Of a stretch of DNA of 64,000 nt, positions 47,116 through 58,820 are shown piece after piece. The stretch covers positions 64,001-128,000 of the forward strand of contig CM000431.1 of assembly GCA_000165345.1 (NCBI GenBank), in the 5' to 3' direction. Made by a program: the position numbers and the translations under genes. Every line of letters begins with the position of its first letter. Position 1 is the stretch's first letter. The notes beneath the pieces were generated by a model. The model searched no databases. It was not told the DNA's origin and worked only from the letters and a program-made list of their open reading frames with translations.

Positions 47116-49851
47116 ATGCAAAAAATTAATACCCCAAATTATGATAAGATAATATTTGACGAGATTGAACACCAAAATTTGAATTTTTTGGACCTAAAGG
47201 AATTAAATGATAAATTTTTAGAGAAACCAGTATTTGAGCTTGAGAATGAAGAAATTAACTTAAAAATAAGAGAAATACTAAAAAATAAGAATATTGTAAA
47301 ACCAATAATTTTGTTAATTGTTGTAAATAGGCTAATAAAAATTGGAAACAAGTCCATTTTTTTAAAGCCTGGAAAATGTATTGAAGAAAATGTATTCATC
47401 CCCGAGCTGGAATTACTTGCTTTTTTACTTAAAGAAGGAAACATTATTAGAGACTGTTGTGAATATGCCAATTTTTCAAATTTACAAGATATAAGTAACT
47501 CATTTACTATTGAAGTTTTGAATTCCATAATTAAAATTCCCACCCTTGCAATTAACTCAATACTGACCTTGAAACCAAGTCTAAAGAATAATATGAATTT
47601 TAGAATACTTGATAAATATATTCCGCTAGAACTACATGATTCCAACTACTATGAAAATATTTGGATATGTACATTATATATTTTAAACGATATAAGACTA
47701 ACTGATAAAGCCACTTACAATGTTTTACAGGTTATTTTCAGCAGATTATTCCTGAGAGGATACAAGGAAATTTTATGTAGGATTATGGTTGGATGGTCGA
47801 ATAATATTGATAAATCTTTATTTGAAGACTGCAAACTTCTTAATAATGAAGAATTATGCTTAAATCGTGTTTTTGATAATATACTAAAAATTAACAAAAC
47901 TGATGATAATTTAATTAAGTCTTTTATTAAACAACTATTCAAAGAAATAGAGTCGGTAAGAGTGCAGAATAATCAAGGAATATTATTTCTCAAGCTGAAA
48001 GACCGGAACTTTGAGGAGGAATTAAAAGTTGAAGATATAAGAAATGACGATTTCTTTTTATTTCTTAAATCCATTGTTGACTTTTGTATTATTGAAGAAG
48101 ACTTGAAGAATAAGGGATTTCTCAAAAGTGAATTGTTTCAGATTAAGAAACAAAACTTTTCTATTAAAACATACTTGTTATTTCTGGATATTTGTGTTCT
48201 TAATGTTATCAAGAATGATGAATTCAATAAATATTTCTTGCCTGAGCAGAGCTTTGACTATTTAGAAATGATTAGATCAGAAAAACTGGCTGCTCTGGAA
48301 GAATCCAACAAATTAAAGATTTATTTAAATTTTCTTAAGGAACTGACCCAATGTTTGACTAAGCAATGGAATTCCTATCAAGATTCAATGGCTTATTCTC
48401 TTACTCTTTCTACAGTAATTATTCGATCAGTCTCTATTTTAATATACTTAAATCTAAGTAATTTATTAAACTTAAAGAAAGTATTACTTGAATTTTATAT
48501 GGATATCACAGAAGGTATACAATTTAGACTTAAGAATATTGACCCACTCATTAGGTCTAGTGCTATGTATCTGGGAGAATTTTACTTTAACCTACTCTAT
48601 GAATTGTTCCCGTCCACTAATGAAGCTGATAGCGGATATTTAATGAGTGAAAACCCAAAATTTGATGAACTTAAATTATTTAATCCAGAAATTAAAAACC
48701 GCTTATCCTGCATTTATAATTCCACAAAATTCTTTGCAATTAACACCTTTTCATATGAAGGTGAGATCCAAATCAGAAATGCTACTGAATCCATTAAAGA
48801 TATGTCCTTGAGCAAGGAAAAAAAAGAGTTTAATGAAGATCAAGAAAAGAAGATCATAGATGAAGATGATGAATTTTGGAATAAGGCACCCTCAATCAAA
48901 GCAAATTCCAAAAATGAAGGAATAATACAATTAAAAACTCCAAAAAGCTTACATTATACTTCAGGAATAGAGCAAAAGAAGCAAGAGCCAAAAAGGAAGC
49001 TTGTGAATAAATCTTTTGACTTGATTAATCTATACACAGATGAAAAGAAATCTAAAGAAATACAAGACAAATCTGAAAAACTGTTAAATATATTAAAAGA
49101 GTTAGCTGAAAATATCGAAAAGGATGATTCTAATTATGACCACCTAATTCTTCCTCTTATTGATAAGTTAATTTCATTAAAAGAAAAAGATCAAAAGATA
49201 CTTGTACTCATAATTTTTTCAAAACTAATTCAGTATAAGACAGATAAAGTTTCAGTGGAAATGATTAACTATTCATGCAATATGAACAACGGGATTCCAA
49301 TGGATTTCAGGATCCTCATACTAAATTCTCTGACATCTGCATGCCAAAACATGGCAAATACACAAAGTAATACTCAATCAACTATTCGCCCTAATAAAAA
49401 AACTATAATTAATCTATTTGATAAATATTCACTAATTTGGTCATCCCGTCTAGTTAAATATATCATGGAACTAATTACGCACTCTGAAAATCACGAATGC
49501 TTTGAGAAAATTCCTAATATATTCTTCATTTCATCTCTAGAACTATTTAACCAAATTATCGTTAACACATCATCTAACAATGCAAACATTGGACAAATTG
49601 CCCACTCTGGGCTAGAATTTATCACATCCATAGATTTAACTAATAATCATTTATTCAAAGACATAGCTATCAGAAAATCCATTTATATGCTTACCTTTAA
49701 CATTATTCTCAAGATTAAATACTCATCATATTTTCTGGCCCTAAACCAAATTTTACGCCAGGTCGTCACATGGATTTCCAAAGCAGAGATATCTGAAACA
49801 GATCCCAATTCTATCTGGATCATTCAAGAAACCAAATCATTTATTTCTTAA
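47116..49851 (+). CDS. Hypothetical protein, about 911 aa from the first ATG. The track ORF starts at an upstream GTG at 47092.
   Basis: A long ORF rich in Leu/Ile/Lys/Asn, probably helical. No recognised family. Confidence 0.6.
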   Translation: MQKINTPNYDKIIFDEIEHQNLNFLDLKELNDKFLEKPVFELENEEINLKIREILKNKNIVKPIILLIVVNRLIKIGNKSIFLKPGKCIEENVFIPELELLAFLLKEGNIIRDCCEYANFSNLQDISNSFTIEVLNSIIKIPTLAINSILTLKPSLKNNMNFRILDKYIPLELHDSNYYENIWICTLYILNDIRLTDKATYNVLQVIFSRLFLRGYKEILCRIMVGWSNNIDKSLFEDCKLLNNEELCLNRVFDNILKINKTDDNLIKSFIKQLFKEIESVRVQNNQGILFLKLKDRNFEEELKVEDIRNDDFFLFLKSIVDFCIIEEDLKNKGFLKSELFQIKKQNFSIKTYLLFLDICVLNVIKNDEFNKYFLPEQSFDYLEMIRSEKLAALEESNKLKIYLNFLKELTQCLTKQWNSYQDSMAYSLTLSTVIIRSVSILIYLNLSNLLNLKKVLLEFYMDITEGIQFRLKNIDPLIRSSAMYLGEFYFNLLYELFPSTNEADSGYLMSENPKFDELKLFNPEIKNRLSCIYNSTKFFAINTFSYEGEIQIRNATESIKDMSLSKEKKEFNEDQEKKIIDEDDEFWNKAPSIKANSKNEGIIQLKTPKSLHYTSGIEQKKQEPKRKLVNKSFDLINLYTDEKKSKEIQDKSEKLLNILKELAENIEKDDSNYDHLILPLIDKLISLKEKDQKILVLIIFSKLIQYKTDKVSVEMINYSCNMNNGIPMDFRILILNSLTSACQNMANTQSNTQSTIRPNKKTIINLFDKYSLIWSSRLVKYIMELITHSENHECFEKIPNIFFISSLELFNQIIVNTSSNNANIGQIAHSGLEFITSIDLTNNHLFKDIAIRKSIYMLTFNIILKIKYSSYFLALNQILRQVVTWISKAEISETDPNSIWIIQETKSFIS

Positions 49852-49870
49852 GTCATATTGGAATATCCGC

Positions 49871-49900
49871 TTCCCGCCAACTTCAGATCTATGGCGGGAA
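49871..49900. promoter_or_regulatory. Perfect 9-bp inverted repeat of E2F-like half-sites (TTCCCGCCA, 12-bp spacer, TGGCGGGAA). A third copy ttccgcc follows at 49904-49910.
   Basis: Read directly. It lies 20-50 bp past the stop codon of the 47116..49851 gene and about 600 bp upstream of the ABC transporter ATG. Confidence 0.5.
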
Positions 49901-50508
49901 CCGTTCCGCCTTTAAAAAAATAAGCTTTATATGGGAAAAAAAAAGGAATAAAACTTGTGAAACAATTTTTCAAGCAATAATAAAAATGAGGAACTGAAGT
50001 TATTGGTAAGAGGTTTGAGAATAAGAACGTATTATTCTACAGAACTTTGATTATTTAAGTATTTTAACAATTTATAGTTAATGTAATATTAATAGTCATA
50101 TTTTCCCATGTGCAATATCTAAAAAATTCAGTGCACTCAAATGGCGCTCACTTTTTCTCCCAAATCCCAAACCCAAATTAGTGGAATGGAATTAAAATAA
50201 AAAAATTACTAAAGGAAAAAGAAACAGGTTAAGGATTTGAGAATACTTTAAATGCAATTAACTTAATATAATTTTAAGCTTTTATATAAATAATTCAATT
50301 TAGAGAAACGAATTAAGGAATAAACTTTAATATTATAAGTATTGGGAAATAGAAACTAATTTTAAGAAAAGGGAATTTTTAAATTTAATATTATTTGAAG
50401 TCAAGGCAGCATTTTTAAAAAGTTAACTTTAATGAAATTGATTGGCAATCTAATTACTAGGCTCTAAGGCTATTCTGTAATCAATCTATAACAATCCAAG
50501 ACGTAACA

Positions 50509-53500
50509 ATGTTCGGAAAAACTCTAGATGATACGTCTTTCCACAAAAAAATTAGTTTTCAGAAAGAAGAGAGCCTAGAAATTCCATACTTGAAAGAAAA
50601 TCCAATTAAAAGGCAGAAAAATCAATCATTTTTTAGCTTTGCACACTCGTATATTCAGTTTACATGGGTTACAAAATGGATATATTTAGGATCAAGAAGG
50701 CCTCTTCCAGCCAAAGATTTACCAGACTTACCAGAAACTGATAGTACTAACTACTGGTCCAATTTGTTTGAAAATTCCATTGAACAAGAGAGATTAAAAA
50801 ACTTATCTTCTTTTGACCGTAACGTATTGGTCATTAGAGCTCTTTGGAAATGTTTATATGGTCAATTTATTATGCTGATTATTCTTAAGGTATCTTGGGA
50901 AGCCTGTTTATACTTAAACAACTCAGTTATTCGTGGATTTATTCAGTACAAAGAGATGGAAAGTTCTGCTGAAGTTAGTGGTGTTAGTAGCGAAAAGTCT
51001 CAAGCTTTAGGTGTTGGATTATGGAATGGTCTATTATTGGTACTCTTCTATCTTGTACATGTTTATATTTCAACTCAATTCAATTTTTGGGAATCTAGGG
51101 TTATTTTAAAAATACAAACATGTCTAAAAACCTCTATATTCAAGAGGTTAATAGAAAGTAAATCTTGTGCAAAGAACCTACTTCAAAATGGCAAAGAAAT
51201 TGTTGATTCCAAGATTAAGGAGGATAAGCTCAATATTGCAGAAGATTTACATTTAGATATAGATTCTAGTCTTTCCAATCAAAACTCCAAATCCCAAAAT
51301 AATAATTTGAATGAAACTGGACAAAATACAAACAGAAGTTTTGATGACAAAAAGAAAGGATCTGAAGATAGATATACTATTTCAACTAATGTGTTTAATC
51401 TATTAATGGTGGATGTTGAGGATATTGAAGACTTTATTATGGCTCTTATCCAGTTTATTCTACTTCCATGCAGAATTTTTGTCGCATCATTGCTTATGTA
51501 CAGAAATATTGGAGAGTCTGCCATTCCTGGAGTCGTTGTAATGATCTCAATGATCGTCTTTATGATCATTCTGGATATTATTTCAGCTTTACTTAAAGGC
51601 CCACTACTCTATTGGCGTGATAAACGTCTAGCAAAACTACATGAGGTTTTAAATAAGATTAGAACTATTAAGATACTCGGATGGGCTCCATTTGCTGAAG
51701 AAATTGTTCTTCGAGATAGGAGAAATGAAGTCAGCTATTTGTATAGGATCATTTCATTCTCAGCTTTATCATATTTGTTCTTCAAATTGGCAATATCTGG
51801 TTCTGTTGTTGCTATTATGGTTTATTATACAAAAGGAATGCTCAGCAGAGCTGGTAATCTTTCTTCTTATCCAAATGGCTTTGATTTGAAAGCTTCCAAT
51901 ATTATCCCTTTAATCCACGTAATTAACTATGTGGCTGGAATTCTCAGAACTGTTCCAAACTCTTTGAATATGCTTATTGAGGGTTGGATATCATTAAAAA
52001 GGTTTAGTCATCACTTGGGATATTCTCATTTACCTTCTGATGTAAATAAAGAACTACTTGAGAATCATCGCTCTCTAGGCGACGATATAGTTTGTAAATC
52101 GAATATATCTTCTGAAGGCAGAATAGAGAAACAACAAAAGCAGGAAGAAACTCCTTTAATTTCAAAGATTCTTACCTTTGATGGCGGAAATATGCTCGAG
52201 GTAAATGAAGTAATTAACAAAAAAAACCAGGATAAATTACCTTCACAGGTATTTCATTCTTATAAAAATCAAAAAATGGAGTACACATTCGATGAATCTA
52301 TTCTAGTTTATCTTCAAGATCTAGAGTATATTCCAGAATCTGATGATGAGAATTTCAAGAAAACAAAAAATAGCTTTACTTTAATTATCCCAAAGATGAT
52401 AATTAAAAAGAATTCATGTCATTTAATAGTTGGTAATTCAGGATCAGGAAAAAGTACTTTGCTATATGGAATATTAGGTGAAGTTTATTCCAAACGAGGT
52501 TTAAGATTTATTAGATCCCAAAATAGTACAATAGGGTTCTGTAGTGAAGACCCATGGATCCCAATTGGAACTATACGATCAGTAATACTCTTTGAAAGAC
52601 CATGGAATGAAAAGAGATATAATCGAGTTCTTGAAGCCTGTTTACTAATTGAGGACATCATGCAATGGCAAGAAAGAGATTTAAGGGTTTTAGATGATGG
52701 TGGCCATATACTGTCAGGCGGGCAAAGATCAAGATTAACTTTAGCCAGAGCCTTGTATGGCTTTTTATCTGATCAAGAAGAATATAACTCTTTTGATGAA
52801 GATAGTATTGAAGAAAATAGCCATCACAGTGTATACTGTATCAGTGACAGAAGTTCAAATAGATTCGATACTCAACTATTCTTGTTTGATGACACTTTTG
52901 TTTCTCTTGACCCTAATGTTGGGAGGAGAATCTTTTATAATTTGTTTAATAGAGAAAATGGTTTATTAACAGGAGGTAATTATTCTGCCGTTATTGTAAT
53001 TAATACAACGGTGTTGTTGTGCTTCTTAGATGAAAAACTTTCGCAAGAGGAAATAAACGAGAAATTTGGGGTCGAAATTAACATTTGGAACATCAAATCA
53101 GAATCTGGAAGACCTAACTACAACGTTCTAGAACATTCCAAATATGAAACTTTAAAGAATAGTGGTATGGAAAAAGATCACAGCTTTAATAACAGTGAAT
53201 CCAACTCCAGAACAGTTTCTGGCTATATTGATGTGGGATCCAGCCAAGTAACAAAAGAAAAATTCGAACTCAGAAAGAGGAATTTGTCGGCTGAAAAGGA
53301 AGCCAAGTCCAATAGTAATTTAAGCTCATCAATAGTAACAGATTTTGAGCATCAGAATTCAATAATTAAAGCTAGAGGGACTGCTAGTAGCTACTCTTCT
53401 TCAGATTTTTACAACGAGGATATTATTTGCATTCAATCTGAAACTGGTCATAGAGCAATTCCCTTAAGTTTGTATAGATGGTACTTATCTAAGGTAGGAA

Positions 53501-55464
53501 TAGTCTTCTTTATATCTGTTTGCTTACTAATAATGACAAGTATCATCTTAGATAGTGGCCAAGACTTTCTACTTGTAGAATGGACAGGTTTCACTTCGGA
53601 CGGTAGGGATTTGAAGACTGGTACGGAGTTTTATGATAGCAATTCAAGCTCACTCAATACTTTTGAATCTCATATGAACTATATGTATGGACTAATTATA
53701 ATATTTATATTTGGGATCTTGACACACCTTCTCGTACAAGTAACACAGATTTACGCAAGTCTTAGAGCTGCAAAGAAAATTCATAATGAAATGTTGAGTA
53801 AATTACTTACTACTTCTCAGGAATTCTTTGACAGAAATACAATTGGACAAATAATTAACCGTTTTTGTTTGGATATGGTTTCTATAGACAGAAAGACTAT
53901 GTTCAGGATATGCAATTTTGTCTCAATTTTTTTGGAGATCTTAATCAGAGGTGGATTCATCATTTTCGTGTTTCCATGGCTACTATTAATGATACCTCCA
54001 ATTTGCCTATTTGCTTGGTTTTGGCTATTCCAATATTATAGACATGCATCCAGAGAACTTTTTAGATCCAATCTATCAGCTCATACACCAGTATGTAATA
54101 TTTATACCCAAGCATTAATGGGAGGATCTATTATTCGAGCATTTAGATGTGGGCATGTATTTCTAAATAGAAATATCAATTATATTGATAATCTTCAGAA
54201 GATCAGATTTATGAGATCTGCATCTGCTCAGTGGATTAGTGTTAGAATGCAGCTTCTTTTGCTTCCATTTACAGCTGGTATTACATTGGCGCCAATTCTG
54301 TTAAAGTACCTGAATTTAAGTACAGCATTCTTTGCGTCATTTACTATTATTAAAATGACTGCAGGGTTATGGGGTCTTGCTTTGGTTTTTGTAATGTCCT
54401 ATGCTCCCTTAATTAATGATTTTTTCAATATGTTCACAACCGTAGAGAAGTCTATGTGTGCTGTTGAAAGGGTTTCAGTACTACTAAATGATTTGGAAGA
54501 TTCAAAAAAGAAGGAATTTAATGAGGAAGTTCACGAATTGAAATACAAAGAATACATGGTATCAAACCGTAATTCTCCCCAGAATAATTTCCAGGGCCTT
54601 TATATTTATGAGTTAAGGGTAGAGTATGGAAACCAATCTCTTGGAATTGAGCTTAAGAATGAGTACGTAAAATATGGGGAATGTATAGGAATTATTGGTA
54701 GAACTGGGAGTGGGAAAACAACATTTTTAAATTCTTTATTAGGTCTTACTCCAATCCAATCCGGTCTATTATTTTTGGATGGAAAATGGCTATTTAATAA
54801 AGATATGAGAAAGAATAGGAACGATTACATAGGAGTTTTACCTCAGAATTCAATAGGCTTTGATGGGTGGACAATCAGAAAGTTTTTAGATCCTTTTGAT
54901 GAGATTCATGATGATCAGGTTATTTGGGATGGAATATATGCTTGTGGTCTCGAGACTACCCTCCGTTCTATGAGTAACTTGAACCCCTTGGATGCAGTAT
55001 TAGGAAATACTTCAGGTGGGATCTCAAAGAGACGTGGCTCTAAGGACAAAAATGAGTATAAATTTACTCAGAAACATTTAAGACAGCTTGCTCTTGCTAG
55101 ACTAGTAATCCACAGGTTAAAGTATAAGATTATTCTTGTAGATGAGCCTCCAGAGGAACTTTCTAGCGATTTGCAGAAACAAAATGGTAGCGATAATTAT
55201 GTCTCTATGAACTCTTCTTCTTCAACCAGGAAATTAGGAAGCAATATTTTGGAAAACCAGTACCTTTCTGTAGAGGAAATCGTATCCAAATTTATGAAGC
55301 ACTGTGTAGTTTTTATAGTTGCTCACAACTACAAGTCTTTAAAATCCTGTAATCGAATTTGGGTTTTATCAGGAGGAGTTAAAGTTAACGAGTGTGAATT
55401 TTCTCAAGTGAACAACCAACAAATGCTTGCAGATTTTTTACTTACTAACACAAAAAATCAATAA
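50509..55464 (+). CDS. Full-length ABC transporter (TMD-NBD-TMD-NBD), ABCC/MRP-like, 1651 aa.
   Basis: NBD1: Walker A GNSGSGKST, signature LSGGQRSRLTLARAL, Walker B LFLFDD. NBD2: Walker A GRTGSGKTT, Walker B IILVDE, and an interrupted signature (TSGGISKRR...LRQLALARL). Multiple transmembrane helices precede each NBD. Confidence 0.85.
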   Translation: MFGKTLDDTSFHKKISFQKEESLEIPYLKENPIKRQKNQSFFSFAHSYIQFTWVTKWIYLGSRRPLPAKDLPDLPETDSTNYWSNLFENSIEQERLKNLSSFDRNVLVIRALWKCLYGQFIMLIILKVSWEACLYLNNSVIRGFIQYKEMESSAEVSGVSSEKSQALGVGLWNGLLLVLFYLVHVYISTQFNFWESRVILKIQTCLKTSIFKRLIESKSCAKNLLQNGKEIVDSKIKEDKLNIAEDLHLDIDSSLSNQNSKSQNNNLNETGQNTNRSFDDKKKGSEDRYTISTNVFNLLMVDVEDIEDFIMALIQFILLPCRIFVASLLMYRNIGESAIPGVVVMISMIVFMIILDIISALLKGPLLYWRDKRLAKLHEVLNKIRTIKILGWAPFAEEIVLRDRRNEVSYLYRIISFSALSYLFFKLAISGSVVAIMVYYTKGMLSRAGNLSSYPNGFDLKASNIIPLIHVINYVAGILRTVPNSLNMLIEGWISLKRFSHHLGYSHLPSDVNKELLENHRSLGDDIVCKSNISSEGRIEKQQKQEETPLISKILTFDGGNMLEVNEVINKKNQDKLPSQVFHSYKNQKMEYTFDESILVYLQDLEYIPESDDENFKKTKNSFTLIIPKMIIKKNSCHLIVGNSGSGKSTLLYGILGEVYSKRGLRFIRSQNSTIGFCSEDPWIPIGTIRSVILFERPWNEKRYNRVLEACLLIEDIMQWQERDLRVLDDGGHILSGGQRSRLTLARALYGFLSDQEEYNSFDEDSIEENSHHSVYCISDRSSNRFDTQLFLFDDTFVSLDPNVGRRIFYNLFNRENGLLTGGNYSAVIVINTTVLLCFLDEKLSQEEINEKFGVEINIWNIKSESGRPNYNVLEHSKYETLKNSGMEKDHSFNNSESNSRTVSGYIDVGSSQVTKEKFELRKRNLSAEKEAKSNSNLSSSIVTDFEHQNSIIKARGTASSYSSSDFYNEDIICIQSETGHRAIPLSLYRWYLSKVGIVFFISVCLLIMTSIILDSGQDFLLVEWTGFTSDGRDLKTGTEFYDSNSSSLNTFESHMNYMYGLIIIFIFGILTHLLVQVTQIYASLRAAKKIHNEMLSKLLTTSQEFFDRNTIGQIINRFCLDMVSIDRKTMFRICNFVSIFLEILIRGGFIIFVFPWLLLMIPPICLFAWFWLFQYYRHASRELFRSNLSAHTPVCNIYTQALMGGSIIRAFRCGHVFLNRNINYIDNLQKIRFMRSASAQWISVRMQLLLLPFTAGITLAPILLKYLNLSTAFFASFTIIKMTAGLWGLALVFVMSYAPLINDFFNMFTTVEKSMCAVERVSVLLNDLEDSKKKEFNEEVHELKYKEYMVSNRNSPQNNFQGLYIYELRVEYGNQSLGIELKNEYVKYGECIGIIGRTGSGKTTFLNSLLGLTPIQSGLLFLDGKWLFNKDMRKNRNDYIGVLPQNSIGFDGWTIRKFLDPFDEIHDDQVIWDGIYACGLETTLRSMSNLNPLDAVLGNTSGGISKRRGSKDKNEYKFTQKHLRQLALARLVIHRLKYKIILVDEPPEELSSDLQKQNGSDNYVSMNSSSSTRKLGSNILENQYLSVEEIVSKFMKHCVVFIVAHNYKSLKSCNRIWVLSGGVKVNECEFSQVNNQQMLADFLLTNTKNQ

Positions 55465-56104
55465 TATCTTTTTTTTTTTTATTTTTGCCTCTACTTATAT
55501 TTTTAGCATTTTAAACTTATAAATATATTAAGAAAATTTAAGCAAAAACAATAAAGATACCTACCTGATAAAATGATTATTAAAGCAGTAGTTAGATATC
55601 AAGTATATTGTTTGACTAAATAGTAAGGAAAACAAAAAAAAACATTATTAGTAATATAAGCGAGTTAGATTTGAATACGTCGGGTTTCTTTTTTTTTTTT
55701 TAATAATTTGGAAATTCTCCCTTAATATTGACATTTCTTTAATTTATCGAATAACTATTTGTTCTTGTTATATTATCAACAAATTTTTGCTTTTATTAGA
55801 ATCAGCTTAATATTTTTGTATTACGTGTAAATATTGCGCATGCATGCAATTTAGAAAAATTTGTTTGCACAAATTCATGTATGAACTCTATACCGGTCTT
55901 GAATGTGGCAAAAACTACGTTTGGCGCCAGTTATTGGTTGATTATTTAATTAGGTGAATAAAAAAATAAAGAATAATAATTCGAAAAGTATTTTTAATTA
56001 TAAGTTAGGAGAAAGCAGAGGCAACCAAGTTTTATTTCAATCAAAGTTTTTTTTTGAAGTATTTTTGGAACGAAACCAGTGTGTCTTCGAAAGCTCGACA
56101 CTAA

Positions 56105-58780
56105 ATGGAGAATATAGGTCTGGAAGCGGTTGCTGGGAAGATTAAGAATGGAAAGAATGATGGGGTTGAGTTTCTATTCTTAACAAAAGCAGTTGAGGGT
56201 TGCTTGATTTCTCAGGAAATAATTTCTGAGCTGTTAGATTTTGATATTTTTTGTATTGACTGGCAAGAATATAATAAGGATCCAAAATATACAGTGGGGA
56301 ATTTTGATAAGGTAAATAGCATAAACTTTGTAATACAAGAACCACTGATACAGGTTTTGAGAGAAATATTGGTTACTTTGGAAGCTACTTTGGATGCAAA
56401 TCTTGATCTGAATATTAGGATATATTTGCCTTATTCTTCAGAATTACATGTAGAATATGCAAGGAATATTGGATTATTGCAGGAGGAAATCTGTACTATT
56501 AACAAGAAGGTTCAATTAAAAAGGTTTGACTTTATAAGCATAATAAACGAAGTAATGAAAGAATTTGAGGGAATAAACATTTCTATAAAAACAGTGAATT
56601 GGATATCAATATTTTATTGTAATGCAAATTTGATATGCAATAATTCTTGTTCTTCAGTTTATGCAACTTGTATTGAGAATAGAAGTGTACCAATTCCTCT
56701 TTTAGAAGAGGACATAGAGAGAGTATATAACAGTGTAGTGAATGAAAGAAAGAACCAACATTTAAATAACTTCATAATGCCGGATTTGTTTAGCAAAGAA
56801 AATGTAAAAAAAGATATGGCACTTCTTAACTTGGTAAACCTTCCATCTAACCTGAGAAAAGCTTATTCAATGCATATATTGCAGCTTATGTCATTTCTTC
56901 AACAAGTAACAGGAACCAATTTTGTAGAATCAGAAAGCTGTTCTATTAATTTTCTATCAATGGGTCAAACTTCTAATTTAATTTCAAAAGCTATGCAGGA
57001 AAGCTACCTCAAAATGGTTAATACCAGCTCAAAAACACAAATCAAGCCAAGCAATACAAAAGATGATATTACAATACTAATAATGGATAGGAACTTAGAT
57101 TGTATTTCTCCAATTTATTCACCAATACTAAACATTAACTTGTCAGAGGACGAGACTTTCTCAAGATTTGACGACGGAATTATTGAATTTTTAGATGAAT
57201 TTATTTTAAGTAATACTCAAAATCAAGCTATTGGCAATATTAGTACTGGTGATAGTCTTGAAAAAGATGATCCAGAATTAAACTGTAAGGAGTTAGAAGA
57301 AGATAGAGAATCTTATCTTGATAAAAAAGTTGAAGATTCTAATAATTCAGACGAAAGCTATATACATGAAATCACAAATCCGGTATACCTTTCAATAATG
57401 CTGGATCCTGAGAAGCTCCAAAAGGATCTTGTTATTTCTCAAAACTACCCAATACTCTCTTACAGGTTCATTTCAGCTCTGGAAGATCTTAAAGACTTGG
57501 TTTTATCGCGAGAGAAGAGTTTTTCCGAGTCTTTGAAAAAAGATATAATTAACAGAATTGACTCTATAATGAATATTCATCCAATATATGGTCAAAATTC
57601 ATGGATGTTTTTACTTTTAAGTCTAAACCAGTCTCATTATACCAGAAAATTTTGGACTGAGGTCTGTGATGTTTGCAATAACTATGATGTAAAGTCAGAT
57701 AAGAGGAAAGTTATGGTTTTGATTATAGTATACAGATATTTGGTTATTATCCAGAATGATATAGCATCAAATTCTAACGATATAAACATGAAATCACCTT
57801 CTACTCAGACTTCATCATCATCTTTAACTCCAGTAATTTTCCAGGATCAAATTGAAAAGGAGGAAGACATTATTGGGAAAATTGTTTCAATTTTACTAAT
57901 TATTAGAGAAAAACTTTTACCAGATTCTATTACAAATATTTCAAAAAAGTTAGAGGATTTGAGTTTAAATCCATCATTATATAATACATATGATTTGAAG
58001 TTGGAATTATCAGCTCTACTTCAAATCCTTCATTATTTTTTAATACCAATGTTTCCATTGGATTTGGTATCATTCAACTCAATATTTGTCAGAAATCTCA
58101 AAAAAAAATTTACAAATAATTCCTTTGAAAATATATCTGTAAATGATCAGACCGAATTTCAGAGTTATTCTTTAGAATGCATTAGAAAGATAATTTCTCT
58201 AGCAATCTCTTGTTCAAGTTATGAAGGTCCAGATTGTAAATTTACATCCTTTAATTTAAAACAAGTGTTGGATTGCTTCCATCCAAAAGGAGGATTCTCT
58301 AGTTTTGGTGATCTTGAAAAATTAGGAAGAAAGCTTAACAATATTAGAAATGCAAGAAGTAAAATAAAGTACAAGTTTTTTCGTAATTTTCAGTTATCTC
58401 CATTTTTACCAGAAAATAGTAACAAACAAGAATTTCGGATATTGTCTTTAGTATCTCAAGTAATTCTTTATATAATTCAAACAATATTTATTGAAGAAAG
58501 TAAAACTTCCAAGGAATGGTTGAAAGTTGATTTAAAAATGAAAAGTATTTCATCCAATTATGATGAATCAGGCCTCCAAAGTTTGAGAAATAAGCTAAAA
58601 GAAACAAAGAAGACTTTAGTTATTAACATTATTGGCAATATTTCAATGTTTGAGATCAACGAGATTGAAAAGCTTTCAAAGAAATTTAGAGATTATGTTA
58701 ATATTATTATTCTAACAGATCATATAAGCTCGGCAGCATCTATTACTAATTCCTTAATCACTGATCATCATAACTTATAA
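56105..58780 (+). CDS. Sec1/Munc18-like (SM family) protein, possibly Vps33/Vps45-type, 891 aa.
   Basis: The ITILIMDRNLDCISPIYSP segment matches the conserved SM-family LiLDRxxDxxsPL core. The size and helical composition are compatible. The assignment is tentative. Confidence 0.4.
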   Translation: MENIGLEAVAGKIKNGKNDGVEFLFLTKAVEGCLISQEIISELLDFDIFCIDWQEYNKDPKYTVGNFDKVNSINFVIQEPLIQVLREILVTLEATLDANLDLNIRIYLPYSSELHVEYARNIGLLQEEICTINKKVQLKRFDFISIINEVMKEFEGINISIKTVNWISIFYCNANLICNNSCSSVYATCIENRSVPIPLLEEDIERVYNSVVNERKNQHLNNFIMPDLFSKENVKKDMALLNLVNLPSNLRKAYSMHILQLMSFLQQVTGTNFVESESCSINFLSMGQTSNLISKAMQESYLKMVNTSSKTQIKPSNTKDDITILIMDRNLDCISPIYSPILNINLSEDETFSRFDDGIIEFLDEFILSNTQNQAIGNISTGDSLEKDDPELNCKELEEDRESYLDKKVEDSNNSDESYIHEITNPVYLSIMLDPEKLQKDLVISQNYPILSYRFISALEDLKDLVLSREKSFSESLKKDIINRIDSIMNIHPIYGQNSWMFLLLSLNQSHYTRKFWTEVCDVCNNYDVKSDKRKVMVLIIVYRYLVIIQNDIASNSNDINMKSPSTQTSSSSLTPVIFQDQIEKEEDIIGKIVSILLIIREKLLPDSITNISKKLEDLSLNPSLYNTYDLKLELSALLQILHYFLIPMFPLDLVSFNSIFVRNLKKKFTNNSFENISVNDQTEFQSYSLECIRKIISLAISCSSYEGPDCKFTSFNLKQVLDCFHPKGGFSSFGDLEKLGRKLNNIRNARSKIKYKFFRNFQLSPFLPENSNKQEFRILSLVSQVILYIIQTIFIEESKTSKEWLKVDLKMKSISSNYDESGLQSLRNKLKETKKTLVINIIGNISMFEINEIEKLSKKFRDYVNIIILTDHISSAASITNSLITDHHNL

Positions 58781-58820
58781 TACAAATAAGCTACTCCTTT
58801 TGCAAGCCCTTAATCATTTA

